The notes beneath the pieces were generated by a model, which was given only the letters and a program-made list of their open reading frames with translations, ran no database searches and was not told the origin of the DNA. The translations under genes were made by a program, and so were the position numbers. Below, one piece after another: positions 46,310 to 56,719 of a stretch of 64,000 bases of DNA (positions within the stretch are counted from its first letter, which is position 1; each line of letters opens with the position of its first letter). This DNA is from a virus (Duplodnaviria; Caudoviricetes): the IMG/VR virus record IMGVR_UViG_3300050645_000186, positions 1 to 64,000 of that record, one strand, 5' to 3'.

Positions 46310-46927
46310 ATGTCGAGAAACAACGATTCAAAGAAACGCAAGAGCAACTACAACCGCAACCGTACCTGCTACCTGTCCTCGGACGGAAAATATTACTGTT
46401 ACGAGGCTTGGGATCCAGACGCTAAACGCATGGTTACGCAAAAACTGGAGGTCGGCAAAGACCTGTCACTGGAACTGACGCTTATCCTCGATTCCTCTGA
46501 CCATGACATGGATTTGAATGACCGTTACCAGGACGAACTGTGCGATCCCTTGTTTGAGGCAAAGGCCAACAGCTACATATCGGATCCAAATAACGAGGAT
46601 GCCGTAGATCCCTGGGATGCGATTGCCGACAAGAGCGGCAGCCCGGAAGACGCACTGTTCGCCGGGCCGGAGCCGGAGAATCCTCAGGCAGAACAAGTGC
46701 GCCGCATCATTGATGAGAACTGTACCGAAGCACAGCAGGATTTCTTTTTTGAGCATTTCGGCAAGGGTACGCAGCTTGAGGAGATGCGCCAGGCTGAAGC
46801 CGAGCAGACGGGCAAGCTGCCGTCCTCTGCGGCAATGACCAACCGCAAAAACAAAATTATTGATAAGGTCGCCAAATCCTTCGGTGTTGAGCGTGTGAAA
46901 CGCCATGCTTACCCGAAAAAGGACTGA
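46310..46927 (+). CDS. Sigma-factor-like regulator (putative)
   Basis: Occupies the slot of the sigma-70 region 4 gene of element 1; C-terminal helical HTH-like region. Confidence 0.55.
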   Translation: MSRNNDSKKRKSNYNRNRTCYLSSDGKYYCYEAWDPDAKRMVTQKLEVGKDLSLELTLILDSSDHDMDLNDRYQDELCDPLFEAKANSYISDPNNEDAVDPWDAIADKSGSPEDALFAGPEPENPQAEQVRRIIDENCTEAQQDFFFEHFGKGTQLEEMRQAEAEQTGKLPSSAAMTNRKNKIIDKVAKSFGVERVKRHAYPKKD

Positions 46928-47069
46928 GCCGTGAACGGCGGCAGATACGGCGGTCGGAGTCCTCCCCGGCCGCTCCCCTCTTGGGGGATTGAATTTCTCG
47001 GCAGTGAGTGAGGAAGGAAATACATTCATCCTCCTCAGCAAGGCCAATCAGGGACAGGAGGACCAATAC

Positions 47070-47306
47070 ATGAAAATGCAACACAAAGTACGAATCAATA
47101 TTGCCGACAGGAACGGCAATAAAAAGGAAGTTTTGCAGAGCGAACATATCAGCCTGCCGAAAAGGCTGCTCACCTTTCTTTTTGGGGAATTTTGCGAAAT
47201 CCTCGTGCTGAAGCCGGGTAAAACCGTGCAGGGCATTGAGATCAAAGAATTAGGCTCCACGCAAAAGGAAGTATGCACGGATAAGCGGGGTGAGCGGAAT
47301 GCCTGA
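47070..47306 (+). CDS. Conserved small phage protein
   Basis: Homolog of 1966-2160. Confidence 0.7.
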   Translation: MKMQHKVRINIADRNGNKKEVLQSEHISLPKRLLTFLFGEFCEILVLKPGKTVQGIEIKELGSTQKEVCTDKRGERNA

Positions 47307-48738
47307 GAACATGGAACTGATGATGCCGATTAAGGCCACTCCGTATGAGCACCAAAAGAAAGCCTTTGCTTTTGCCTGCAACCAGTTCGGCGTGTTTGAC
47401 GATCATCTCAAAAGCCGCGGCACGGCTCTGCTGATGGAAATGGGTACCGGCAAGACCATCGTAAGCATTGCCGCGGCTGGTTGTATGTACCAGTACGGCA
47501 AGGTCAACCGGGTGCTTGTTGTCGCGCCGCTTTCCATCCTCGGGGTTTGGGAGGAGGAATTTGAGAAATTTGCTGACTTCCCATATTCCATGACCATCCT
47601 CAAGGGTACGTCGGCGAAGAAAAAAGAGCAGCTGACAAAGCTTCCGGACAAAGGCTTGCAGGTCGTGGTCGTGAATTACGAAAGCGCGTGGCGGCTTGAA
47701 AAGGAACTGCTGGCATATAACGCCGACCTGGTGATTGCGGACGAGGCGCACAAATTGAAGGAGAACCGCACTTCCCAGAGCAAGGGAATGCACCACATCG
47801 GCGATAAGGCAAGATACAAGCTGCTCCTTACGGGAACGGTTATCACGAACCGCGAACTGGATGTGTTCTCGCAGTACCGTTTCCTCAATCCTCAGATTTT
47901 TGGCACATCGTTTTATTCTTTCCGCAACCAATATTTTGATATGGGCGGCTACGGCAACCATACCCCTGTCTTCCGTAAATGGATGACGGATGAATTCCTG
48001 CGGAAGCTCCACTCAGTCGCGTTCCGCGTGACGAAATCGGAGTGCCTTGATCTTCCGGCAATCACCGAGGAAGTCCGTACTGTTGCTCTGGAGAGGGACG
48101 CCGCCAAATTATATGACAGCATTGAGAATGAAAGCTATGCGGAACTGGACGAGTCGGAGGTTACCACAGCGAACATCCTCACCAGGCTCCTGCGCCTGTC
48201 TCAAATCACGGGCGGGCATTTGACCGACGACGACGGTGTGGTCAATACCGTGAGCAGGGCAAAACTTGATGCGCTTTCCGACATCATTGATTCCTGTCTG
48301 GCTGAGGATAAAAAGCTTGTCATTATGGCTCGTTTCGTACCGGAACTGGACGATATTCAGGAACTTCTCGAAAAGAAAAAGATCGGCTATGCCGTGGTTC
48401 GCGGCGGCGTGAAAGATCGTGACAGTGAAATTCATCGTTTTCAATATGACAATAAGTGCCGTGTGTTCTTGGGGCAGATTGCGGCGGCCGGATTGGGCAT
48501 CACGCTCACGGCAGCATCCACAATGGCCTTTTATTCCCTTGATTATTCGATGGCGAATTTTGAACAGGCGAAGGCCCGCATCCATAGGGCCGGGCAGAAA
48601 GAAAACTGCCATTACATCTATCTCGTATGCCGGAATACAGTCGACCGCAAGGTGCTGTACGCGCTCCGTAAAAAAATGAACCTCGCCAAAATGCTGGTTG
48701 ACGATTACCGCAGGGGCAGAAATCCCTTTAAAAACTGA
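47299..48738 (+). CDS. SNF2-family helicase
   Basis: MEMGTGKT, DEAH, QAKARIHRAGQ. Confidence 0.92.
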   Translation: MPENMELMMPIKATPYEHQKKAFAFACNQFGVFDDHLKSRGTALLMEMGTGKTIVSIAAAGCMYQYGKVNRVLVVAPLSILGVWEEEFEKFADFPYSMTILKGTSAKKKEQLTKLPDKGLQVVVVNYESAWRLEKELLAYNADLVIADEAHKLKENRTSQSKGMHHIGDKARYKLLLTGTVITNRELDVFSQYRFLNPQIFGTSFYSFRNQYFDMGGYGNHTPVFRKWMTDEFLRKLHSVAFRVTKSECLDLPAITEEVRTVALERDAAKLYDSIENESYAELDESEVTTANILTRLLRLSQITGGHLTDDDGVVNTVSRAKLDALSDIIDSCLAEDKKLVIMARFVPELDDIQELLEKKKIGYAVVRGGVKDRDSEIHRFQYDNKCRVFLGQIAAAGLGITLTAASTMAFYSLDYSMANFEQAKARIHRAGQKENCHYIYLVCRNTVDRKVLYALRKKMNLAKMLVDDYRRGRNPFKN

Positions 48739-48794
48739 CCTTTCACTTATGGGGGTTGAATTTCCCGGTAGGAAGTGAAAGGAGGTAGTCACCG

Positions 48795-49205
48795 ATGGAG
48801 AACACAAAAATCTTTGAAATGGCTGACAGACTCAAGTCTCTGCAGGAACAGAAAAAAGGCCTCGAAGCGCAGACCAAGGCTCTGGGCGCGGAGATCGCCG
48901 AACTGGACGAGCAGCTTTCCGATGCCATGACAGAAGCCGAACTTGACCGTTTCTCCCGTAACGGCAGCACGTTCTATTTGAAAAGCAGATTGTTCGCGTC
49001 TCCGGTATCCGGCCGCAGGGATGAGATGCTGCAGGCTCTGAAAGAGAATGGCTACGGCAGTCTGGTCGTGGAAACGGTCAACGCAAACACACTCGCATCC
49101 TTCATCAAGGAACAGCGGGAAGCCACGGGCGAAGAAGTTCCGGCATGGCTCGGCGATACCGTCAGCACTTACGAAAAAGTGTCGGTCGGAATCCGCAAAG
49201 CGTAA
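48795..49205 (+). CDS. Conserved phage protein (gp33-like)
   Basis: Homolog of 3885-4301. Confidence 0.75.
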   Translation: MENTKIFEMADRLKSLQEQKKGLEAQTKALGAEIAELDEQLSDAMTEAELDRFSRNGSTFYLKSRLFASPVSGRRDEMLQALKENGYGSLVVETVNANTLASFIKEQREATGEEVPAWLGDTVSTYEKVSVGIRKA

Positions 49206-49272
49206 CAGCGCCGATTCAATGCGTCCACGCGTGAATCGCAACTTATTTCATTTGATCAGGAGGACATAGATT

Positions 49273-50022
49273 ATGTCAGACAAGAAGAACACGGAAATCG
49301 CAGTGAACAAGGGTTTCGCTGCTCTTGCAAACAGAGATGTACTGAACGAAGCGATGGCGGATGATTGCCAGGGGCTGGAGTTTTCTTTTGACCGCGTGAA
49401 GCTGCCCGCCGGCGGCGGAACGGCGTTTGAGATACCCTCCGCTGAAGGGGATGAATCGGAAATGGTGAAGGACATCACCGGTGTTATCGTCTACAACCAT
49501 CCCGCCTTTGCCTACTACCATGACAAGTACACAGGCGGAAACAATCCGCCGGACTGCGGCTCCTTTGACGGTGTGACGGGCATCGGCACACCCGGCGGGG
49601 ACTGCCAGAACTGCCCGTATAACAAGTTCGGCAGCGGCGAGGGTCAGAGCAAGCTGTGCAAAAACAAGCGTATGCTCTATATCCTGCGCGAGGGAGAACT
49701 GTTCCCCATCACGCTCTCCCTGCCGACCGGGTCGCTCAAATCCTTTACGCATTATGTAAAGAGCCAGCTTTCCCGCGGACGCAAACTGAGCCAGGTCGTC
49801 ACGAAAATCACGTTGAAGAAAGCAACCAACGCATCCGGCATTGCGTTTTCCCAGGCGGTCTTTGCCTTTGAACGTATGCTGAGTGCGGAGGAACGCTCTG
49901 CTGTCGCAGACGTATCGGATACGGTCAAGGCATACGCCGCAAACCTCTCTCCGGCATCCTTTATTGACGAGGAGCCGCAGGTCGATGCCGAAACGGGAGA
50001 AATTATCGAACCGTTAAAGTAA
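49273..50022 (+). CDS. Conserved phage replication protein (putative ssDNA-binding/annealing)
   Basis: Homolog of 5171-5923. Confidence 0.6.
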   Translation: MSDKKNTEIAVNKGFAALANRDVLNEAMADDCQGLEFSFDRVKLPAGGGTAFEIPSAEGDESEMVKDITGVIVYNHPAFAYYHDKYTGGNNPPDCGSFDGVTGIGTPGGDCQNCPYNKFGSGEGQSKLCKNKRMLYILREGELFPITLSLPTGSLKSFTHYVKSQLSRGRKLSQVVTKITLKKATNASGIAFSQAVFAFERMLSAEERSAVADVSDTVKAYAANLSPASFIDEEPQVDAETGEIIEPLK

Positions 50023-50084
50023 GCAGCATAAATGCCCGGAGGGGTGAAAGGCTCTTCCGGGTATTTCCATAGGAGTGATTACGC

Positions 50085-52010
50085 ATGAATACAGATTACA
50101 AATGTGTGACCACGGTGGACGGGATACGGGATTACATCGGCGGCAGCCGCATTGTTGCTTTCGACTTTGAAACTGCGCCCGATGATCCGTACCGCGAGGA
50201 GGAGAAAGCGGCGCTCGACCCGGCAAAAGCGCATATCGCCGGCTGCTCCTTTTCCGTAAAAGCAGGCACGGGTATTTATGTTCCTATTGCCCACCGCGTT
50301 GGCACAAACATAGACAAGGACGCTTTTTTCACATTCCTGGCAGCGTTTCTTTTGAATAAAACCATTACAAAGATTGCCCACAACATCGCCTTTGAATCCG
50401 GGATGGCGTATGCGAGGGGCATCGCGATACAGGCTCCCGTGTACGACACGATCTGCGCATCACAGATGAGCCTGAAAAGCCGATATGAGTTCCGCAAGTT
50501 GAGCGAAAGCGGTCTGAAACGGCTGGCGGAGGAATTGTTCGGGGAACCTCTCCCGTCCTTTTCAAGCGTCACAGCCGGGAAGCACTTTGACGAACTGGAC
50601 GCGCAGGATGAGGAAACCGTCCGCTACGGCTCTGCCGACTCGGATTTTGCCCTTCGTCTTTATAACAAATTCAACGAGTGGTTCGACCGCTATCTGCCAA
50701 AGCACCGATACATCGTGGAAGAAATCGAAAGCCCTACCGCTGTGTATCTCGGCATTATGAAATGCAACGGCATCCCGGTCAACCTCCCTCTGATGCAAGA
50801 GCGCAAAACTGAAGCGGAAGCCGAAATGGAGCGCATCCGCGGGGAAATCGAATTTATCATCGGAGATGTGAATATCGGGGCGAACTGCTCCACTCAGGCG
50901 TTCAAGAATTATCTGTATAAAGATTTGGGACTGCCCATTTTGAAAACTACAGAGACAAACCGCGAGGCGGCGGACGATATGACCATGACGCTCCTTAAAG
51001 AATGGTGCGATGAGAACCGGCCGGAACTGTCGGGGCTGTTTACGCTGGTGCAGGAATACCGCAAGTGGGGCAAAATCAAATCCACCTATATTGACGGGTA
51101 CTTGAAATACTTAAATCCAGTGACGGGCTGCATCCATCCGGAACTGTTCGCCCTGTCTACGGATACTGGCAGGATGAACTGCCGGAATCCCAACGCGCAG
51201 AATATGCCGCGAAAAACCAACGATCCCATTGGCGTCCGGAACTTCATCAAAGCGCCGGAGGGCTGTCTTATTCTCTCGCTCGATTTCTCGCAGATAGAGC
51301 TTCGGGTCGGCGCGTTTTACTGCCGTGATGAGAGGATGCTCGACACCTACCGCAAAAACGGCGATATCCATGCCGCTACGACCAGCGTCATTTTCGGTGT
51401 AAGTTATGAAGAAGCTCAGGACAAGCATTCGGAGAACTATAAGGAACACAGGACGATTGCCAAAAACGTGAATTTCGGCACGTTCTACGGGCTGTTCCCC
51501 AGAGGACTGCAAAAGACGCTGAAATTCAAGGCAGGGGTTGAAAAACAGCTAAGTGAATGTGAGGACATTCTCTTTAACCTCAAGCACGGATACAAAGGTT
51601 TGACGGCATGGCAGGAAGAAACGAAAGCGGATGCCGCAAGGCGACTGTATTCCGAAACCTGGCTCGGCAGGCGCAGGTACCTTCCCGGCATTGCGTCGGA
51701 CAACTGGGGACAGAAGTCGTTTGCGGAGCGGTGCTCACTGAACACACCTATCCAAGGAACGGCGGCGGATATTCTGAAACTCGCCATCACAAGGATACTT
51801 GCCGGGCTGCCGGAGCGGAAATGGCTGAGGCCCATCCTTCAGATACACGATGAGCTGACTTTCATTATCCCGGAGGACAGGCTGTCGGAAGCGGTGGCTT
51901 TTATTCGCACCTGTATGGAAGAAAAGCCTTTCCCGGAGTTTGACCTTCCGCTGGTCGCGGAGGCTTCCGCGGGACCGACCTTTGGAATGATGGAAGAACT
52001 GGAGGACTGA
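50085..52010 (+). CDS. Family A DNA polymerase
   Basis: FDFET, LDFSQIELR, AKNVNFGTFYG, QIHDEL. Confidence 0.95.
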   Translation: MNTDYKCVTTVDGIRDYIGGSRIVAFDFETAPDDPYREEEKAALDPAKAHIAGCSFSVKAGTGIYVPIAHRVGTNIDKDAFFTFLAAFLLNKTITKIAHNIAFESGMAYARGIAIQAPVYDTICASQMSLKSRYEFRKLSESGLKRLAEELFGEPLPSFSSVTAGKHFDELDAQDEETVRYGSADSDFALRLYNKFNEWFDRYLPKHRYIVEEIESPTAVYLGIMKCNGIPVNLPLMQERKTEAEAEMERIRGEIEFIIGDVNIGANCSTQAFKNYLYKDLGLPILKTTETNREAADDMTMTLLKEWCDENRPELSGLFTLVQEYRKWGKIKSTYIDGYLKYLNPVTGCIHPELFALSTDTGRMNCRNPNAQNMPRKTNDPIGVRNFIKAPEGCLILSLDFSQIELRVGAFYCRDERMLDTYRKNGDIHAATTSVIFGVSYEEAQDKHSENYKEHRTIAKNVNFGTFYGLFPRGLQKTLKFKAGVEKQLSECEDILFNLKHGYKGLTAWQEETKADAARRLYSETWLGRRRYLPGIASDNWGQKSFAERCSLNTPIQGTAADILKLAITRILAGLPERKWLRPILQIHDELTFIIPEDRLSEAVAFIRTCMEEKPFPEFDLPLVAEASAGPTFGMMEELED

Positions 52011-52432
52011 TGATGTACAAAAATAGCGAAGGCTATGCCGATCCGACCGCGGGAGCGGCAATCAGCCGGATTATGAAGGAATATCAGGAGCAGCAAAAAC
52101 AGCGTTATGCCGACAAGAACCGCCGGAAGATCTATGTGGCTTCCAGATACGCCGGCGACGTGGACGCAAATGTCGCGGCGGCGATACGGTACTGCCGCCG
52201 TGTAATTGATGAGGGACATATGCCGATTGCGAGCCACCTTCTGTATCCGCAAATACTGAACGACGACAATCCAAACGAACGCGAACTGGGGCTGCTGTTT
52301 GGCCTGGCGCTTCTCCGCCTGTGCGATGAGGTGTGGGTATTCGGCGCGGTTTCACCGGGTGTCGCTCGGGAGATTGAAGAGGCGGAGCGGCTGAAAAAAA
52401 GGCTGCGATATTTTAAGGAGGCGGACGTATGA
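52010..52432 (+). CDS. DUF4406/DUF7768-like protein
   Basis: IYVASRYAGD...PIASH...EVWVFG. Confidence 0.75.
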   Translation: MMYKNSEGYADPTAGAAISRIMKEYQEQQKQRYADKNRRKIYVASRYAGDVDANVAAAIRYCRRVIDEGHMPIASHLLYPQILNDDNPNERELGLLFGLALLRLCDEVWVFGAVSPGVAREIEEAERLKKRLRYFKEADV

Positions 52433-54918
52433 ACGCGACGGCAACCGATGTTCTCGGCAGTTTGTTTAATCCCTCCGATACCGTCTGCTTCCGCGTCTTT
52501 GACGATAAGAAGGATGGCGTGTTTAAAGGGGCAAAGCTGTCGTGCGAATGCGGGAAATACAAGAGCATAGAAGTAACGCTCAAAAATCACAACGCTATGA
52601 ACCGCGGTATCTTTTTCGTGGTCAACTACGGCGGGCATGACGATGAGTCGATTACGCGGATCAACGCGCAGTTTGTGGAGATGGACAAGGACAGCTTTGA
52701 TGAGCAGCAGAAAAAGATTGACGCATTCCCTCTCCCTCCGTCCATGATTATCAAAACGCAGAAATCCTTCCACGCATACTGGTTTATGGATTCCACCGCC
52801 AAGGTTGGGCGGTTCCGCATGATACAGACGCAGCTTGTGAAGCATTTTGACGGAGACCCCATGTGCGTCAACGAGTCAAGGGTGATGCGGCTGCCCGGAT
52901 TTATGCACTGCAAAAAGGATACTCCCGTAGAGGTAACCTGCGTCAGTTTCCATCCCGAACGCAAATACACGCAGGATCAGATGTCGGACGTGCTGCCGGA
53001 GGTTGACCTTGTACCCGTGGAGAAAAAGAGCGGCACGGAGAAAGGCATCGACCAAGTCATGCGTTCGTGTGTTTTCATGCAGCATTGCCGTGACGACGCG
53101 GCATCCCTGTCGGAACACGACTGGTATGCCATGATAACGAACCTCGCTCCTTTTGAGGGCGGCACGAAGATGATACACGACCTTTCGGCTCCCTATCCCG
53201 GGTACACAGAAAACAACACGCAGAAGAAAATCAATCATTTCCTGGAAAGCGGCACAAATCCCATCACCTGCAAGACCATTTGCGAGAAGGGCTATCAATG
53301 CCCGAAGTTCGCAGCCGGCGAATGCCCGGTGAAATCCCCTGCGGCATGGTGCTATCAGCCGATGAGCGCGGACATTCTGCTGGACATCCTGCACGGGCTT
53401 CCCGTCACAGGTGAAGCGATTAAGGATTTGCAGACGGCAAAGCAATTCATATCGGACTATTTGTATAACCAGGATGCAGTGACAGCGGACGTGCTTATCA
53501 ATTCTGAAATCCGTGAGCATTTTAAGCTGAAAACGACGTTTCTAAAGTCATTGAACACTGTATTCAAGGATGTCAGCAAGGCGTACCAGGCAAGCAAAAG
53601 CGCAAAAAGGGCCAGAGCAGGTGCGGCGGTACCGGATTGGTATGAGCCAAACGAGAAGGGCCTGAGATTCCTGCCGGGCGTGCTTGCTAAAAACCTGGCG
53701 GAGGAACAACAGGTGTTCTATGCCGCGGAGCAGCATTTTCATTATCGCGGCGGAGTTTATCTGGAAATGTCCGAAATGGAGGCGCAGCGGCTCGTGCAGG
53801 AAAGAATGCTGGTGCGGGAAACGAAGATGTCACAGATTGTTGACGCGGAAAAACAGTGGCGGCTCCTGATTCAGCGAGATATTCGCGAACTGAATGCCAA
53901 TCCGTACATCATCAACGTCCGCAACGGCTTATACAACGTCCTGGAAGATACGCTGACGGAACACACGCCGGATTATTACTCTACGGTACAGCTGAACGTG
54001 ACTTACGATAAAAAGGCGGACTGCCCTCGGTTCAAAAAGTTTCTGGCGGAGTCAATGGGCGGCGACATGGAGCAGGTCGGCCTGATACAGGAGATGCTGG
54101 GCTATTTCCTGATACCCGTCAACTCGGCGCAAAAGTGCTTCGTTATCGTGGGAGCCGCGTCAGCCGGCAAGTCCGTGCTGCTCCGTGTGCTGAACGATGT
54201 TCTGCTCGGCAAGCAGAACGTGTCCAATGTGTCATGGCAGGCGCTGAACGAGCGCTTTAAGACGGCGGAGCTTTTCGGCAAGCTGGCAAACATCTTTGCC
54301 GACCTGCCCACGAAGAACATCGATGATAACGGCATTTTCAAGGCGCTTGTGGGCGAGGATTATCTGACGGTGGAAAAAAAGAACAAGAACCCGTTCTCGT
54401 TCCAGTCGAGCGCAAGACTTCTCTTCTCCTGCAACAGCATCCCCAAAAATTACGGCGACCGCTCCGAGGGCTTCTACCGCAGGCTCATTATCATACGGTT
54501 CAATCACTCCGTTCCAAAGGAAAAGCGTGACCCGGAACTGCTGGAAAAATTCCGCATGGAGGCGGACGGCATTTTCCTGTTCGCATTGGAAGGACTGCGC
54601 AGGCTGATGAACCATCATTATCTGTTCTCCGAAACGCTGGTCAACGCAAACGAGCTTCAGCAGTACCGGGAGGAGTCTGATTCCGTGCTGTCCTTCTTAA
54701 AAGAATACTGCGAATTGGATGCCGCGTATTCAGTCGGCTCTACGGAACTGTGGGGTGCATATAAGGGATACTGCGAGGAATGCGGCTTGAAGCCATACTC
54801 ACAGAAGAACTTCGTACAGCAGATCACGGCGGCTTACCCCAATGTGACGCGGGACATTGACCGCATGGCGAAAAGGCGCATTCTGGCGGGAATCCGGCTC
54901 GGAGAAGTGCTTGGATAA
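52429..54918 (+). CDS. P4-family primase with SF3 helicase
   Basis: RVMRLPG; GAASAGKS; RRLIIIRF; homolog of 8339-10849. Confidence 0.92.
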   Translation: MNATATDVLGSLFNPSDTVCFRVFDDKKDGVFKGAKLSCECGKYKSIEVTLKNHNAMNRGIFFVVNYGGHDDESITRINAQFVEMDKDSFDEQQKKIDAFPLPPSMIIKTQKSFHAYWFMDSTAKVGRFRMIQTQLVKHFDGDPMCVNESRVMRLPGFMHCKKDTPVEVTCVSFHPERKYTQDQMSDVLPEVDLVPVEKKSGTEKGIDQVMRSCVFMQHCRDDAASLSEHDWYAMITNLAPFEGGTKMIHDLSAPYPGYTENNTQKKINHFLESGTNPITCKTICEKGYQCPKFAAGECPVKSPAAWCYQPMSADILLDILHGLPVTGEAIKDLQTAKQFISDYLYNQDAVTADVLINSEIREHFKLKTTFLKSLNTVFKDVSKAYQASKSAKRARAGAAVPDWYEPNEKGLRFLPGVLAKNLAEEQQVFYAAEQHFHYRGGVYLEMSEMEAQRLVQERMLVRETKMSQIVDAEKQWRLLIQRDIRELNANPYIINVRNGLYNVLEDTLTEHTPDYYSTVQLNVTYDKKADCPRFKKFLAESMGGDMEQVGLIQEMLGYFLIPVNSAQKCFVIVGAASAGKSVLLRVLNDVLLGKQNVSNVSWQALNERFKTAELFGKLANIFADLPTKNIDDNGIFKALVGEDYLTVEKKNKNPFSFQSSARLLFSCNSIPKNYGDRSEGFYRRLIIIRFNHSVPKEKRDPELLEKFRMEADGIFLFALEGLRRLMNHHYLFSETLVNANELQQYREESDSVLSFLKEYCELDAAYSVGSTELWGAYKGYCEECGLKPYSQKNFVQQITAAYPNVTRDIDRMAKRRILAGIRLGEVLG

Positions 54919-54951
54919 GCACATTTCCAGGCATCACCACAAAGAAATTCG

Positions 54952-55085
54952 GAACACGAGAACACGTTGGAACACCAAAATCCTATCTCTCTATATATAA
55001 TACAAAAAAATATATACCCCATATTTTTCACGATAAAAAATACAGTAAAATGGGATTTCTCGTGTTCCATGTGTTCCAAGTGTTG
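54952..55085. promoter_or_regulatory. Putative replication origin of element 2
   Basis: GAACAC at 54952, 54960, 54970 and inverted GTGTT(C/G) at 55062, 55071, 55080 around an A/T-rich core. Confidence 0.65.
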
Positions 55086-55109
55086 AAAATACGGAGGTTT
55101 TTGGAACAG

Positions 55110-55394
55110 ATGAAAGAGGCGGACATCGTAAAAGCAATCATGAAGTACCTTAAGACCGTGCCGGGGTGCTTCTGCTGGAAAGAGCACGGCGGTATGTACG
55201 GGACGGCGGGCATCCCCGATATCATTGCCTGCATTAACGGACGGTTTTTCGGCTTTGAGGTCAAGACCGACAGCGGCAGACCCACGAAGCTTCAGGAAGC
55301 GACCATCCGAAAAATCCTCGCGGCTGGCGGCTCTGCACTGGTGGTGCGCTCTGTGGACGAGGTGCGAACCGCGGTAAACGGTTCTCTGCGCTGA
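55110..55394 (+). CDS. VRR-NUC domain nuclease
   Basis: GIPDII...FEVK. Confidence 0.88.
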   Translation: MKEADIVKAIMKYLKTVPGCFCWKEHGGMYGTAGIPDIIACINGRFFGFEVKTDSGRPTKLQEATIRKILAAGGSALVVRSVDEVRTAVNGSLR

Positions 55395-55454
55395 TACGAA
55401 GATTCATCGCTCCGATGCAACGATGCCTATTTCCAATCTTAGGAGGTATCGCAT

Positions 55455-55682
55455 ATGAGCGGCATTACAAATTATGAAAACCTGGCGAACGCCATCATTC
55501 TCCAGGCGGTCAAGGATTACCGGGTAGCTTTGAAATGTCTCAAAGCAAATCCGAGAAACAAGTCCGCGCTGGCGGACAAGGGCGAAATAGAAAGATTTTT
55601 TCGTTCGAGTTGGTTTTCGGTACTTACGAGTGTAGACGGTGAGATGCTGATCCGCTCCCTAAACAGGGAGGCGGACGCATGA
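55455..55682 (+). CDS. Conserved small phage protein
   Basis: YENLANAIILQAVKDYR...IERFFRS. Confidence 0.75.
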   Translation: MSGITNYENLANAIILQAVKDYRVALKCLKANPRNKSALADKGEIERFFRSSWFSVLTSVDGEMLIRSLNREADA

Positions 55683-56089
55683 CAGCCAAAGAATATCTGA
55701 ACCAGGCGCGGCACCTGGACGCACTCATCAACTGCCGCCTGCGTGAGATTGACTACTGGAGGGAACTATCAAGCGGCGTCTCAGGCAGCAATTTTGAACC
55801 CCATTACAATCCAAACCGTCCGACAGAGGCGCCTTTCGTCAGATGTCTTGAAAAGATAGACGAAATACAGCGGAACGTGGAAGAGAAGGTCGCGCACCTC
55901 ATCAAGCTGCGCGACGAGATCAATTCCCGCATCGATATGATTGAGAACCGCGAGGAACAGGTGCTTCTCCGATACCGGTATATTGACGGCTTCTCCTGGG
56001 AGGAGATATCACAGATGCTGAATGTGTCGCTTCGCACGGTGCACCGCATACACGGAGCGGCTTTACAGAATTTTTCTGTCCCGGATTGA
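55679..56089 (+). CDS. Late transcription activator (DUF1492-like)
   Basis: Homolog of 11560-11997. Confidence 0.82.
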   Translation: MTAKEYLNQARHLDALINCRLREIDYWRELSSGVSGSNFEPHYNPNRPTEAPFVRCLEKIDEIQRNVEEKVAHLIKLRDEINSRIDMIENREEQVLLRYRYIDGFSWEEISQMLNVSLRTVHRIHGAALQNFSVPD

Positions 56090-56093
56090 AAGT

Positions 56094-56138
56094 TGGCACG
56101 GTTTGGCACAGTATGGCACACCCCTCCTGTGCTATCAT
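56094..56138 (+). promoter_or_regulatory. Late promoter of element 2
   Basis: TGGCAC at 56094, 56104, 56114 (10-bp period); extended -10 TGCTATCAT. Confidence 0.65.
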
Positions 56139-56163
56139 TACAATAGCGAAGTAGAATGAAACG

Positions 56164-56195
56164 AGCCTCACGGGAGCAGTCCCGCGGGGCTTTTT
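56164..56195 (+). terminator. Terminator-like hairpin before HNH gene
   Basis: AGCCTCACGGGA-GCAG-TCCCGCGGGGCT followed by a T run. Confidence 0.65.
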
Positions 56196-56218
56196 GTATA
56201 TCCGAAGGAGGCGGCGCA

Positions 56219-56578
56219 ATGCCAAGGAAACCGAAACGCCCCTGCTCCTACCCCGGCTGCCCCAACCTCACGGACGGACAGTACTGTGAGGAGCATCGGC
56301 GGCTTGCCGCACAGCAGTACAACAAATACACACGCAGTCCCGACAGCAACAGGAAATACGGCAGAGCCTGGAAACGAATCCGCGACCGCTACGCCGCGGC
56401 GCATCCGCTGTGCGAGCGGTGCCTGAAGGAAGGCCGGCTGACGCCTGTGGAAGAGGTGCATCACATTCTGCCCGTCTCTCAAGGCGGTGACCACCGGGAA
56501 AGCAACCTGATGAGTCTCTGCCAGTCCTGCCACACCAAGATTCATCTTGAAATGGGTGACAGACAGATCCGCGGCTGA
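56219..56578 (+). CDS. HNH endonuclease
   Basis: HPLCERC...EVHH...NLMSLCQSCH. Confidence 0.93.
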   Translation: MPRKPKRPCSYPGCPNLTDGQYCEEHRRLAAQQYNKYTRSPDSNRKYGRAWKRIRDRYAAAHPLCERCLKEGRLTPVEEVHHILPVSQGGDHRESNLMSLCQSCHTKIHLEMGDRQIRG

Positions 56579-56719
56579 CCGGCGGGGGTATCAAAATCTC
56601 TACACCTGCTTCAAGCGGACAGCGGCGCGGGGCTTTCTGTTAAAAAACGCGGTTTCAAACGAGGGAATAGGCACAAAAGAACGCTGCGGCGTTCTTAGCG
56701 CAAGAGCGAGGTGATTTTT

